Part shown: in pieces, positions 10,219 through 20,175 of the stretch
Layout of the letters: every line of letters begins with the position of its first letter
Numbering within the stretch: position 1 is the first letter of the stretch
From: a virus
Lineage: Duplodnaviria > Heunggongvirae > Uroviricota > Caudoviricetes
Length of the DNA stretch: 64,000 nucleotides
IMG/VR virus record: IMGVR_UViG_2687453522_000001
Direction: 5' to 3' (one strand)
Notes under the pieces: generated by a model
Databases searched by the model: none
What the model was told of the DNA's origin: nothing
Seen by the model: the letters and a program-made list of their open reading frames with translations, nothing else
Translations under genes and position numbers: made by a program

Positions 10219-11019
10219 ATGCAACAAACATTCAATGCGGATATGAATATATCAAACCTTCATCAAAATGTCGATCCTTCAACCACTCTGCCTGTTATTT
10301 GTGGTGTTGAAATTACGACCGACCGCGCTGGCCGTTACAACCTTAATGCTCTACACAGAGCGAGCGGACTCGGTGCCCATAAAGCGCCAGCTCAATGGCT
10401 AAGAACGCTGTCAGCCAAACAGCTCATCGAAGAGCTTGAAAAAGAAACTATGCAGAATTGCATAGTTTCGTTCGAAGGCCGTGGCGGCGGCACTTTTGCC
10501 CATGAATTGCTCGCTGTGGAGTACGCAGGCTGGATTTCTCCCGCGTTTCGGCTGAAGGTAAACCAGACATTTATCGACTATCGAGCCGGAAGATTACAAC
10601 CTGCTATTCCGCAGAGTCTCCCTGAAGCTCTCCGTTTGGCTGCCGACCTGGCAGAGCAAAAGCAACGGCTGGAGCAAAAAATGCTTATGGATGCACCTAA
10701 AGTCGAATTCGCCGAACGCGTTGCTACCGCCAGCGGGGTTCTAATCGGCAACTATGCCAAAGTGCTCGGCCTGGGCCAAAACTATCTCTTCACCTGGTTG
10801 CGTGATAACGGAATTCTGATCGCAACCGGTGAACGCAGGAACGTCCCCAAACAAGAATACATATCCCGTGGGTATTTCACCCTTAAAGAAACCGTGATCG
10901 ATACAAGCAATGGAAGCAGGATTTCTTTCACGACTCGTATAACCGGCAAAGGTCAGCAGTGGCTGATGAAGCGATTGCTTGATGCTGGTGTGCTGGTACC
11001 TGTCGCAGCAACGCGCTAA
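10219..11019 (+). CDS. kilA: KilA (KilA-N domain protein with Ant-like C-terminal domain)
   Basis: 266-aa ORF, same length as P1 KilA; C-terminal half paralogous to Ant; precedes repL. Confidence 0.85.
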   Translation: MQQTFNADMNISNLHQNVDPSTTLPVICGVEITTDRAGRYNLNALHRASGLGAHKAPAQWLRTLSAKQLIEELEKETMQNCIVSFEGRGGGTFAHELLAVEYAGWISPAFRLKVNQTFIDYRAGRLQPAIPQSLPEALRLAADLAEQKQRLEQKMLMDAPKVEFAERVATASGVLIGNYAKVLGLGQNYLFTWLRDNGILIATGERRNVPKQEYISRGYFTLKETVIDTSNGSRISFTTRITGKGQQWLMKRLLDAGVLVPVAATR

Positions 11020-11048
11020 CAGACGTAGTAAGAACCACCAGCATTGTA

Positions 11049-11894
11049 ATGCTGGCTAAAGTCACTTTCCTGAGCTGTATAACGATGAGCGATTTTACTT
11101 TTTCTGGCTATGAATTGGCCTGCTTTGTAACACACTCCGGTCTATCCCGTAGCGCCGGGCATATCCTGTCGCAATGTGCAAATCTAGCGGCAACAACCAG
11201 TGAATACTTCATTCACAAGCCTCACCGCCTGATCGCGGCAGAAACTGGTTATAGCCAATCAACCGTCGTTCGTGCATTCCGTGAAGCTGTAAACAAAGGA
11301 ATTCTGTCTGTAGAGATTGTTATCGGCGATCACCGTGAACGTCGCGCTAACCTGTACCGGTTTACACCATCCTTTTTGGCCTTCGCACAACAAGCCAAAA
11401 ATGCGCTGATTAAAAGCAAATTAAAGATCTCTTCAGCGGCAACCAAGGTTAAAGCTGTTCTCGCTAAGACATTGTCTTTATTTAATTTTTTATCCACACC
11501 CCCATGTCAAAATGATACCCCCTCCCCCTGTCAGGATGACGTGGCAATAAAGAATAAGAAGTCACAAGTTAAAAAAACAAAAAGATCAGTTTCCGGCGGT
11601 GCCGGAACGACCAGATTCAAAAAATTGACCTCATGGATCGCTGAGGCAAAAGCAAAGGCTGACAATCTGCGGTTATCCAAAAAACGCGCTCAAAAACATG
11701 AGTTCAAGCAGAAAGTAGAGGCGGCAGCGCGGAAATATGCTTACCTGAAGAACAAGCGTTCTCCTGATATTAGCGGGGTATCAAACTTCGATAATCTGCC
11801 GCATTGCATGACGGTAAACGAAGCTCTTAATGCGGTTTTAGCCAAAAATAAAGATAACGAAAAATGGGGTATACCGGCAGGATTCAGAGGGTGA
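11049..11894 (+). CDS. repL: RepL lytic replication initiator
   Basis: 281-aa ORF, same length as P1 RepL, directly downstream of kilA. Confidence 0.85.
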   Translation: MLAKVTFLSCITMSDFTFSGYELACFVTHSGLSRSAGHILSQCANLAATTSEYFIHKPHRLIAAETGYSQSTVVRAFREAVNKGILSVEIVIGDHRERRANLYRFTPSFLAFAQQAKNALIKSKLKISSAATKVKAVLAKTLSLFNFLSTPPCQNDTPSPCQDDVAIKNKKSQVKKTKRSVSGGAGTTRFKKLTSWIAEAKAKADNLRLSKKRAQKHEFKQKVEAAARKYAYLKNKRSPDISGVSNFDNLPHCMTVNEALNAVLAKNKDNEKWGIPAGFRG

Positions 11895-12203
11895 TAGATT
11901 GCTCTAATCTGGAGTCACCTGGCGTTTTCAGTTTGAGGTCGGAGATGCAATCTGATTTTTTACAGTTAGCGATTACTTTTTGCAGGGCATCGTTGAGACA
12001 TATCCATATATAAAAACCCAAAGCCAGATCAAAACTTGTACTGATAAAAACACAGCTAACCATCACAACTTGTAACGTTTATAATTAGTAAAAGAGTGAT
12101 ACATTGCTACTTTTACATATTTTTTGACTTAATTCATGGATAGTAATGGAGATGCATAATGACTTATGCTGGCACACAAACAGCAGATAACGCCGGGGAT
12201 ACC

Positions 12204-13214
12204 ATGAAATCATATGCTATTTGGAATAATAAAGGTGGCGTAGGAAAGACCTACTTATCTTTCGCTATGGCCTGTGAATACGCAAGGCAAAATCCAGAAA
12301 AGCGTATTATTTTTGCAGATATGTGCCCGCAGGCTAACTTATCTGAAATATTGCTCGGCGGTAACGGTACTGGTGCTGCTAACCTCGCGAGCTTAATTCA
12401 ACAACGAAAAACTGTCGGTGGGTACTTTGACAGAAGAACTCGCAGCCCCCACATGCTTACCGGTTCAGAAACAAGTTTCTTAATTCATGTCTCTGAAATT
12501 AACGAGCATGTCCCTGACAATGTATTTTTGATTGCAGGCGACCCAAGCCTGGAAGTTCAGGCGCAAGTAATCAATCAGTTAAGCAGCGTAAACTTACCAG
12601 TTGACTCATGGAAAAGCATCCACCTGTGGCTACGAGATTTGCTTGTTGCATGTGCACAACAACAAGGTATCGAAGAAACCATTTGCTTTATTGATTGCAA
12701 TCCCAGTTTCTCTGCCTATACCGAACTATCACTGATAGCAGCAAATGCAATTATAATACCTTGCTCAAGTGATGGTTCTTCGGCTCGAGCAGTGGATAAC
12801 CTAAGCCAGTTGGTTTATGGCGTTGGAGTACAAAACGATTATCGTTCTGTTAACTTTTACGATCGGTGTCAACAGTTTGGTCTAGCGGTTCCTGTCATTC
12901 ATTCTCTAGTTTTTAATCGTTCGACAGAGTATGACAAACGAGCAAGTAAAGCGTTTTCGGCAATGTTCGACGAAATCAGGGATAGAGCTGAAAATCTGCG
13001 GACGAATAAACCAACAGCGTTCCAAGGCGGAAATTTAAAAACGTTTACTGTGCCAGATAACCATTCCGTAGCTATAGTATCTTCCCATCTAGGAAGACCT
13101 CTATTTGATATAAAACCAGGCAGATATCAGATCCATGACACTGAGCCACAAATCAATAATGAACCATTAGAAAGATATGGTGCAGCAATCGAACGTCTTG
13201 TTCAGAGTTTATAG
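12204..13214 (+). CDS. ParA/MinD-family P-loop ATPase (orphan; at the position of P1 rlfA)
   Basis: Deviant Walker A KGGVGKT near the N-terminus (MKSYAIWNNKGGVGKTYLS); ORF opens at 12159 but ATG 12204 with upstream GGGGA fits better; AT-rich segment. Confidence 0.7.
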   Translation: MKSYAIWNNKGGVGKTYLSFAMACEYARQNPEKRIIFADMCPQANLSEILLGGNGTGAANLASLIQQRKTVGGYFDRRTRSPHMLTGSETSFLIHVSEINEHVPDNVFLIAGDPSLEVQAQVINQLSSVNLPVDSWKSIHLWLRDLLVACAQQQGIEETICFIDCNPSFSAYTELSLIAANAIIIPCSSDGSSARAVDNLSQLVYGVGVQNDYRSVNFYDRCQQFGLAVPVIHSLVFNRSTEYDKRASKAFSAMFDEIRDRAENLRTNKPTAFQGGNLKTFTVPDNHSVAIVSSHLGRPLFDIKPGRYQIHDTEPQINNEPLERYGAAIERLVQSL

Positions 13215-13238
13215 TGGCTTATCTCAGTCATAATGGCT

Positions 13239-13273
13239 AAAAAAAGGCTGCAACAGAGGTTGCAGCCTTTTTA
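13239..13273. terminator. Bidirectional rho-independent terminator between convergent genes
   Basis: aaaaaaa ggctgcaac agag gttgcagcc tttttat: perfect 9-bp stem flanked by A-run and T-run. Confidence 0.65.
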
Positions 13274-13283
13274 TAAAATTACA

Positions 13284-13571
13284 TTAACAGACTGGTAGCG
13301 ATAGTAAATTATTATTCCATCGATTGTCTGCATACGTTCTAATAAACTGCCTTCCACCATTACCAGGATTAACAACCCCAACTTCTACACGATTACCTGC
13401 ATTATCTGTTACATAGAATGTATGGAGATTATTATCAATAGCATTAATTACCTGCTCAACAGTCCATTTCCCATTGCTAGTATTAAATTGAGGACTTCCC
13501 ACATGAGTAATATGCTCATGGATTGATTGCGAGCCGGAGAGGGTAATGCAAGTAATGCGTACATCAGCCAT
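13284..13571 (-). CDS. Small conserved protein (DUF3892-like, tentative)
   Basis: ORF opens at 13661 but ATG at 13571 is preceded by AAGGAAG; product begins MADVRITCITLSGSQSIHEHITHVG; convergent with the ParA-like gene. Confidence 0.55.
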   Translation of the reverse strand: MADVRITCITLSGSQSIHEHITHVGSPQFNTSNGKWTVEQVINAIDNNLHTFYVTDNAGNRVEVGVVNPGNGGRQFIRTYADNRWNNNLLSLPVC

Positions 13572-13860
13572 ATATGCTTCCTTTATTCTATAGATTATAG
13601 GAATTGCGTCGTCCAAAAAAACAAACAACACAATAACAATAAAGAAACATACACACAACAAAAACTAACGCTATTTATTGATAGATTTGCCTGATGAATG
13701 CTAGCTCTCTTTGCTACCTAGCACTCAAACAAATAACAGAAGAAAGACCCAGATAACATTACGCGTCCTGCAAGACGCTTAACATTAATCTGAGGCCATA
13801 TCTATGCTTAGCATATCTAGATTAACCCTCTCCCCTTTTAAGGAGCAAGGAATTTTACTG

Positions 13861-14457
13861 CTATGCCGCCTTTCCAGTTATGGATTCTGCGACAAGAACA
13901 ACCCCATGCTTACTTCGATCCGGATGTTCACTCCATATCTCGGATTCAGGAATACTTTTCCCGTCATAGCAAACACGTTCGCCATCAAATGGGTAATACT
14001 GAGCAGTATCGGTGTCCAGGATAAAAACTTTTAGTTCGGAAGAACGACGAGCGATGTGCTGCCAAAGAGCCTTTCCGCCTTCGTATTGCTCATTGTCACT
14101 TAGCAAAACAACTCCGGCTTTTGAAGCTACGGTTTCATAAACAAAAGTGGCTAAACCGACATCCCGGACGATTCCATCAACCACGATACCTTCAATCTGG
14201 GCAACATCGTTATCTTCCCAGAACTTCCTCACCAGTACGCCTTCAAGCTGTGGGCGACGTTGAAGTTCAAGAGTAGCGACAACCTTATGGCGCATATCAC
14301 CATCGATAACAGAAGGAGCAGCCTCTATTACGGCAGCAAATGGGGTTTTGGAATCCCATATAACCTGGTAAAGCACACCCTGGATGGTAACTCCGTCCAG
14401 GATCGAAAATCGACGAGCGACAGTACCCGGGGAGTACGACATTGGAATCACAGCCAT
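13861..14457 (-). CDS. Hypothetical phage protein
   Basis: 198 aa from ATG 14457 (GGGGGA RBS); separated from the upstream structural operon by a strong terminator. Confidence 0.55.
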   Translation of the reverse strand: MAVIPMSYSPGTVARRFSILDGVTIQGVLYQVIWDSKTPFAAVIEAAPSVIDGDMRHKVVATLELQRRPQLEGVLVRKFWEDNDVAQIEGIVVDGIVRDVGLATFVYETVASKAGVVLLSDNEQYEGGKALWQHIARRSSELKVFILDTDTAQYYPFDGERVCYDGKSIPESEIWSEHPDRSKHGVVLVAESITGKAA

Positions 14458-14584
14458 TTTAGAGTCCCCCTTTAACAGTACAGGCACAAACATCTACCTC
14501 AATAATTGTAGTTTATTAGAACATTAATAATCTAACATAAAACTCCAGACAATGTTATCGATGCATTTTTATATAAAAAGGTTA

Positions 14585-14612
14585 TAAAAAAAGCTCCCGA
14601 AGGAGCTTTAAA
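14585..14612 (-). terminator. Rho-independent terminator ending the minus-strand structural operon
   Basis: On the minus strand: agctcc ttcg ggagct stem followed by ttttttt; just downstream of the stop of gene 14629-15138. Confidence 0.7.
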
Positions 14613-14628
14613 ATACAAGGGATGACTC

Positions 14629-15138
14629 TTAATCCCACTCAATCCAGTTGTAGACGATACGAAGTGACGGGCGCACAGCGGCAGTCACATCTTCGGTACT
14701 AAAGTCGATTGCATCACTGTAGATTTTGCAGTCCAACATTTCAATTGTTGTAGCAGCTTTTGTCACAGCGTTAACCCCGGAAGATTTGGATTCAGGGGTC
14801 GCAGCCATCGTGATATCAACATAGTCCTTCGCCGCAATGCGATCTTTAATGAACTGAAGAATATCACCTTCGATAGTCTCCACGCACTGGACCTGGATTT
14901 CCCCGGAGTTACGGATTGGACCGTGCTGGTTGAACTTCACACCATTCGGACCATAGTCCTCCACATCCTCGCGGGTCATTTCAGGAATTTGCGACGTGCG
15001 AACCAGTACGCTGATATCTTCATGGCCTGCAAAAGTGAGCTGGAATTCAGAAGATACCAGTCGTTCGCCTTTGGCCGCGTTGGCAGTATAGCGGCCCTTA
15101 ATAAATTTACGGTTTCCCTTAGTGTTATTGTGCCCCAT
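14629..15138 (-). CDS. Phage structural protein (tail/baseplate, hypothetical)
   Basis: 169-aa ORF, last gene of the minus-strand structural operon before the terminator. Confidence 0.5.
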   Translation of the reverse strand: MGHNNTKGNRKFIKGRYTANAAKGERLVSSEFQLTFAGHEDISVLVRTSQIPEMTREDVEDYGPNGVKFNQHGPIRNSGEIQVQCVETIEGDILQFIKDRIAAKDYVDITMAATPESKSSGVNAVTKAATTIEMLDCKIYSDAIDFSTEDVTAAVRPSLRIVYNWIEWD

Positions 15139-15149
15139 ATAAAATCCTT

Positions 15150-15731
15150 TTACTGGAACGCCCGAACAATATCGGAGCTGTTATATATCGAAGAACCGGT
15201 CAACTGGAGGTTGACGGTGTTTTTCAGGAAATATCCATTACTGTCCCTTGGCGCATCGAGATCAAAACTTAAGTCCTGGATGGCGACATCGGTGATGTTG
15301 ATCCGGCGACCAATGTTTAGCGTCACGCGCTCCGGGATTCGACCACCAACATTGGCCGCTTTTAGTTCCGGGCTAATCATGGCTGTCAACGCGGCGATAG
15401 CGCCTGAAACTTCAATGAATGGATTGTTCAAAGCAATGAAAGTTACAGGCAGCGTGAACGTCGGCGGAGTCCCCCCTTCCCAAACCATTAAGCTATTCCA
15501 ACGGGCAACCGACGTTGTTTCAGTACCTACTTGCACAAAACCACCCAGAGCACCAGAAACAGATCCCATGGACATACCGGTAAACGGCGCTTCCCAATTC
15601 TGGGCCATGTTCATTGCCGCTCCCTGGCTGATATATCCGGTAACCTGGTACTGAGAGTTCGTTAAAGTAACTTTCAGATATGGCGATACACCGTCAGCCT
15701 GGCTGTAAACCCCATAAGCTATAGGAGCCAT
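15150..15731 (-). CDS. Phage structural protein (hypothetical)
   Basis: 193-aa ORF tightly packed in the structural operon. Confidence 0.5.
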   Translation of the reverse strand: MAPIAYGVYSQADGVSPYLKVTLTNSQYQVTGYISQGAAMNMAQNWEAPFTGMSMGSVSGALGGFVQVGTETTSVARWNSLMVWEGGTPPTFTLPVTFIALNNPFIEVSGAIAALTAMISPELKAANVGGRIPERVTLNIGRRINITDVAIQDLSFDLDAPRDSNGYFLKNTVNLQLTGSSIYNSSDIVRAFQ

Positions 15732-15766
15732 TCAAGTTAAAGGCCGGAGTTCCCCGGCCTCCTCCT

Positions 15767-16582
15767 TTAGCCAAGGCGCTTACGGCGCAGTTTCATTGAC
15801 TTTTTGCGGGCAAGTTTTGCCGCGCCAGTCTGGGCTTTTCGACGCGCTTTTTTCAGCGCCGATTTTTGAGCCGCAGTCAGACGTTTTTTACGCAGGCGTT
15901 TACGGATGAGTTTGATCTCACCGTTACGAACAACCTTCTTAAATGCTTCAGTCAGCATTTCATCAGAAGTGCCAGCAACAACAAACGCCGCTTCCAGTTC
16001 GTCGCGGTCGTCGCTATCTAAACCAGCGATAGAGGCACCAACATCAGCAGCAGCGTCGTCGTCTTCATCGTCAGCCAGTGCTTCGATCAGGTCATCATCT
16101 ACACCGCATGCTGCGAGGAAGTCAGCAACATTTGCCCATGCTTCGTTATAGGCATCGTCCTGTTCTTCTGTAACTTCGGAGTCGTCGTCATCAGAGATAC
16201 CAGCGATAGCCTGAACGAAACCATCAAGGGAGTCGAAAGTCAGATCACCGCTATCAGCCCAGGCGAAAACGGCATCGGCCGCATTACTCAACGCATTCTG
16301 CATAGCACTTCGATTTGCAGCTTCCAGAATCATCTTGTGCGCCTGTTCGACGGTCCATTCTTTACCATCTTTTCCTTCCAGGATTTGCTCTGGAGCCGGG
16401 GCAGATGGAACGTTATCGTTAGTCTGTGCCGCCGGTTCCGGATTATTATTAATAACCGGATCTGTTGGCGGTTCGGCGCTTGCTCGGGCAGACTCCATCA
16501 GCTGCACAGGATCAGAGTTCAAAGCGAAACGGGACAGTCCATTCCCCAAAAATGCCCCGGATTGAAAAAAGTTTTTGCTCAT
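15767..16582 (-). CDS. Phage structural/assembly protein with poly-acidic core and strongly basic C-terminal tail
   Basis: 271-aa ORF; central D/E-rich runs (DDDDSEVTEEQDD, DDEDDDAAAD) and K/R-rich C-terminus (KLIRKRLRKKRL...KKARRKAQ...RKKSMKLRRKRLG); directly downstream of the sheath-like gene. Confidence 0.5.
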   Translation of the reverse strand: MSKNFFQSGAFLGNGLSRFALNSDPVQLMESARASAEPPTDPVINNNPEPAAQTNDNVPSAPAPEQILEGKDGKEWTVEQAHKMILEAANRSAMQNALSNAADAVFAWADSGDLTFDSLDGFVQAIAGISDDDDSEVTEEQDDAYNEAWANVADFLAACGVDDDLIEALADDEDDDAAADVGASIAGLDSDDRDELEAAFVVAGTSDEMLTEAFKKVVRNGEIKLIRKRLRKKRLTAAQKSALKKARRKAQTGAAKLARKKSMKLRRKRLG

Positions 16583-16591
16583 TGTATTCCC

Positions 16592-18181
16592 TTACTTAAT
16601 AAGCAGCGGTACGCCCTGGATACGACGGCCTACGCCAGTCGGGCAGCAGGCCCAGACTGCTTCCCATTTATCGAATTCCGCCTGCGTAACTTTCAGCACA
16701 TACGGTTCTGTACCGTCAGCATCGGGATCACGAGGAGCCACCAGAGCGCCGGAGGCGACAAAGCGATCTAAAAGTTTGGTCATCCCTTTAGTCAGGCCAG
16801 CCGCAGTAATACCGTCCGGGCTATGCTTCATCTGTCGGGCTAACTGGACAAAGAAACGACTGATTGCATTCATCAGGGATGGGACGTGCTGGAAGTGCAG
16901 ATAGTTATCCTGCGTGCAGCAAGTTAAAGCATCGTCGATGATCATCTGGCCAGAGGTGCCAACAGATACTTTATTGAGACGGCCCTTGACCATTGCTTCT
17001 TCGTCCGGGGTATCTTCCGGATACAGCGGTTGAATTGACGCACGAGCAATGACGGCACGTTCTTCACCAGCCGGTGAGTAATGCCAACCGCCGACATCAG
17101 AGTTTTTCTTGACGCCACGAGCTTTCGCCGCATACGCCGCGCCAGACAGACCGAAGACCACACGGGATTGGGTCCATTTGTCTTTGCAGGAGAACGGGTA
17201 GTGATAGACAGAACAGCTTACATAATCGGTACCAAGTAAACCGGTACCCTCAACAGCTGTTAGTGCTTCTGCGTACCTTAATGTCGGTTTGACATCAAAG
17301 AAGCCATCAATCAGGCGATCTGCACAGATTTTACCTAATGCGGTGATAGCCGCATTGTCATAGCAGCCCAGGCCAAGAACAGCGGTGTACATGTACGGCG
17401 CATTATTCAGCACTTTAACCGCACGCAGGTAAGCAGCGGTTGAGATTTTCGACTGATCGCCATTGGTACCGCCAGTGAATGCCACCGATTTTTTATTTGT
17501 TACTTTCGCTGTAGAAATCAGCTCTTCATTAACAACCGCACGCAGATATTTAGAACGGGCTTCCAGAGCCGTAGGCAGATAACACAAGCGGCCCATGTCA
17601 TCTTTCGCTTCTTCCGCCAAAGACACAGTGTGTGTCTCCAGGGTCGTTACCACACCGAGCGAAGTCGTCTGGGTCAGTTTTAAGAGGAAGCGTTCATTAC
17701 CCGCGCTGTCCGCTGTTGCCGTTTCGATGGTTAACTCACGGGTAGGTGAAATACACGGATCACCATCATCAACGTAGATAGCAAAGGCTTCGCCGCTATC
17801 AAGTTCAATTTCAGAACCGTATGGCAACGCACTGTTAGCCGGTTCGCCTGATTCATCGAACATAATAATCGGGAACTTCGCATCATCCGGAACAGCACGG
17901 ACAACATAACCAGACGTTTGCTGAATAGCTTCGTACACATGGCGAATTGGTTCAAACTGTGAGCCGGAAGACGGCTTCAGCGGTTCGCCAAGAACATCTT
18001 CGTAATTGGACTCAGTAACCGCAAGAACAGTAAACGGCTTGCCACGCGCAAATACGCCAATACCAGCCCACAAGCTGCTATTTAATGCAACACCGGTAGA
18101 TAACGTCGCATCGGCATTGATCGGGCTAACCGCGACGCCGGATGCATTACCTAATGACTGTTGAATTGAATATTGAGACAT
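16592..18181 (-). CDS. Tail sheath-like protein (P1 gp22 position)
   Basis: 529-aa ORF following the capsid-like gene; size and position match the P1 contractile sheath gene; domain not verified. Confidence 0.5.
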   Translation of the reverse strand: MSQYSIQQSLGNASGVAVSPINADATLSTGVALNSSLWAGIGVFARGKPFTVLAVTESNYEDVLGEPLKPSSGSQFEPIRHVYEAIQQTSGYVVRAVPDDAKFPIIMFDESGEPANSALPYGSEIELDSGEAFAIYVDDGDPCISPTRELTIETATADSAGNERFLLKLTQTTSLGVVTTLETHTVSLAEEAKDDMGRLCYLPTALEARSKYLRAVVNEELISTAKVTNKKSVAFTGGTNGDQSKISTAAYLRAVKVLNNAPYMYTAVLGLGCYDNAAITALGKICADRLIDGFFDVKPTLRYAEALTAVEGTGLLGTDYVSCSVYHYPFSCKDKWTQSRVVFGLSGAAYAAKARGVKKNSDVGGWHYSPAGEERAVIARASIQPLYPEDTPDEEAMVKGRLNKVSVGTSGQMIIDDALTCCTQDNYLHFQHVPSLMNAISRFFVQLARQMKHSPDGITAAGLTKGMTKLLDRFVASGALVAPRDPDADGTEPYVLKVTQAEFDKWEAVWACCPTGVGRRIQGVPLLIK

Positions 18182-18241
18182 AACTTTCCCTGTTATGCGC
18201 CCCGCGCGGGGGCGCTATGTTAAACGGAGAGCTTCCCCTGA

Positions 18242-19969
18242 TTACTCAGAGTCACCAGCATCAATCGTGTTACCGGTCAGGAAGTTAATTCCGCCATTTT
18301 TTGCCATAGTCAGAGTTACACGGGTGAAGTAGTCAGCACCGTTGCGTGGATGCATATCGTTGATAGCCGAACCCCACAGAGTGGTTCGGTTGACTAGTGC
18401 CGGGGTGGTCGGATGCTGGAATGGGACAGCCGGGACTGCATCACCAGTTACGAAGCCCGCTTTGCCCGGATTTTCATCACGGACGTAGCACAGCACATCC
18501 ATTGGGCTGAACTGGATACCGTCGGCGGTCAGGTTCGTACAAATACCTTCTGGTACTTCGAACACTTTGACGTTGCCGAACAGAGTGCCAATGTAGTGGA
18601 CGTATGGGGTCTGGATGTAATCTTCTGCTGGCTGGAAGAAATCCTTCGGCAATTGTTTGAAGAAAGATGCCGCATCAGCACCGGCATACATCCCCATCGC
18701 ACCAGAAGATTTAACACGCTCAATAATACCGCGATATACCGTCTGGAATTTGCCTCGAATGATGGTTGCCCACACATCAAAGGTCTGGTTAGCTGGTAGT
18801 GCAATATCAAAGGAGTCGGTCGCAAGAGTTCGCCAAATCATGATACGAAGACGAAGCATATCTTGCTCATGGGACAGGTATTCCTTCAGGGTGCGGAACT
18901 GTAGGGAGCCAAGATCCAGACCAAATTCACGCTGTGCTTCATACGCCGCCTGTACCGTGTGCTCAGCCGCGATGACGAACTGGTTTGGGAACAGGGTGTA
19001 ACTCTTCATTTCGTGGTTGATAAGTGGGATCAGCTCAGGAGCTGCTTCTATATTGATCTCCGCCTCAATGGCGATCTCAGTGCCTTTATCCGGCGCTTTG
19101 GAGAACGACAGGGCAATCTGACCAACGTTGTAATTCAAAGAGCAAGTAACAGTGATTTGTTCGCCTGCTTTGTTATTGAATGTGTGAAGCAGAGTACCGG
19201 AGCCGTTATCAACAACAGACTTAATACGGTTAACGTAGATGTTTGTGCGACCTTTGCGAATCGGGACATTCTGACCTTCGACATCTTCCATCTTGAAGGT
19301 TGCAGTTTTGCTGGTGCCGTCGGAGCTTGCAACCAGCACATAGCGGCGGCGCAACTGGCTGTACACGCCAACGGATTGCATGTCCAGAACATCGCCAATA
19401 GCATAGGAGCCAAAAGAAGAACCCGCTACGTTAAAGATTTCATAGATTTCGGACTTGTCACGCGTAACCGGAATGAATGTACACGCATCAGCGGTAGCTG
19501 CCCCCAACTGAACAGGCAGGATCATCGCCAAGAATAAAGGCAGACGCATAACCCCGTCAGAAACACTCATCATCTCTGCCGCGACTGATTCCAGCATCGC
19601 TTTATTGGTGGCGTCCATGCTATTGCGGGTGGACTCAATCAGGCAGTTTTCCAGCGTCTGATGGCAGGAGGCCAGAATTTCCGGACGTGGCATAGATTTA
19701 TGTGTTGCGGCGTAGTCAGCCAGTGCACTTGCCCACGCTGTAGCGATTTGAGCGGTGGCATTATCAGAGATACCCGCAAAAATTGGGTCTTTACGTGCAG
19801 CTTCAAGGATAGATGCGGCACGCGCGGCATCATCTTTAATGAATTGGTTATCAGTACCGAACTGCGCAGTGCTTGCCCAGCCAAGCACAGCTTTAGAGCG
19901 TTTTGCGATATCTGCAATACGATTCTGGTATTCGCGTAAGTTACTCAATTTACTCTTCCTTAAACACAA
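18242..19969 (-). CDS. Major head protein-like (P1 gp23 position)
   Basis: 575-aa ORF adjacent to parS as in P1; the ORF-track start is a TTG, an alternative TTG at 19948 has an AAGGAAGAG RBS. Confidence 0.5.
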   Translation of the reverse strand: MCLRKSKLSNLREYQNRIADIAKRSKAVLGWASTAQFGTDNQFIKDDAARAASILEAARKDPIFAGISDNATAQIATAWASALADYAATHKSMPRPEILASCHQTLENCLIESTRNSMDATNKAMLESVAAEMMSVSDGVMRLPLFLAMILPVQLGAATADACTFIPVTRDKSEIYEIFNVAGSSFGSYAIGDVLDMQSVGVYSQLRRRYVLVASSDGTSKTATFKMEDVEGQNVPIRKGRTNIYVNRIKSVVDNGSGTLLHTFNNKAGEQITVTCSLNYNVGQIALSFSKAPDKGTEIAIEAEINIEAAPELIPLINHEMKSYTLFPNQFVIAAEHTVQAAYEAQREFGLDLGSLQFRTLKEYLSHEQDMLRLRIMIWRTLATDSFDIALPANQTFDVWATIIRGKFQTVYRGIIERVKSSGAMGMYAGADAASFFKQLPKDFFQPAEDYIQTPYVHYIGTLFGNVKVFEVPEGICTNLTADGIQFSPMDVLCYVRDENPGKAGFVTGDAVPAVPFQHPTTPALVNRTTLWGSAINDMHPRNGADYFTRVTLTMAKNGGINFLTGNTIDAGDSE

Positions 19970-20084
19970 GGCACTTGTGTGAATCCCTTTTCGGAAGAGA
20001 TTTTATTGAAAGTCACTTGTTGACTTTCTCGTGACAAGCAATTTTTTTATTTTTTTTCGGGAGTAGGGGAGGAAGGTAAAATCC

Positions 20085-20175
20085 AAGGTGAAATCGTGGC
20101 GATTTCACCTTGAAATTTTAGAGTGATTTACTTTAAAAACAGTAGGTTAATAGTGAAATTTGAATGGCGAAAGTT
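20085..20175 (-). other. parS: parS partition centromere
   Basis: Heptamer ATTTCAC and hexamer TCGCCA ParB boxes on both arms around an AT-rich core (gtgaaatcgtggcgatttcacc...gtgaaatttgaatggcga); immediately downstream of parB. Confidence 0.8.

Noticed and set aside
11898-11914. Partial C1 operator-like sequence (attgctctaatctggag) right after repL
   Set aside because: Only the 5' half matches the consensus; too degenerate to call.
14923-15654. 243-aa plus-strand ORF antisense to two structural genes
   Set aside because: Overlaps two tightly packed minus-strand genes that have better coding characteristics and terminator context.
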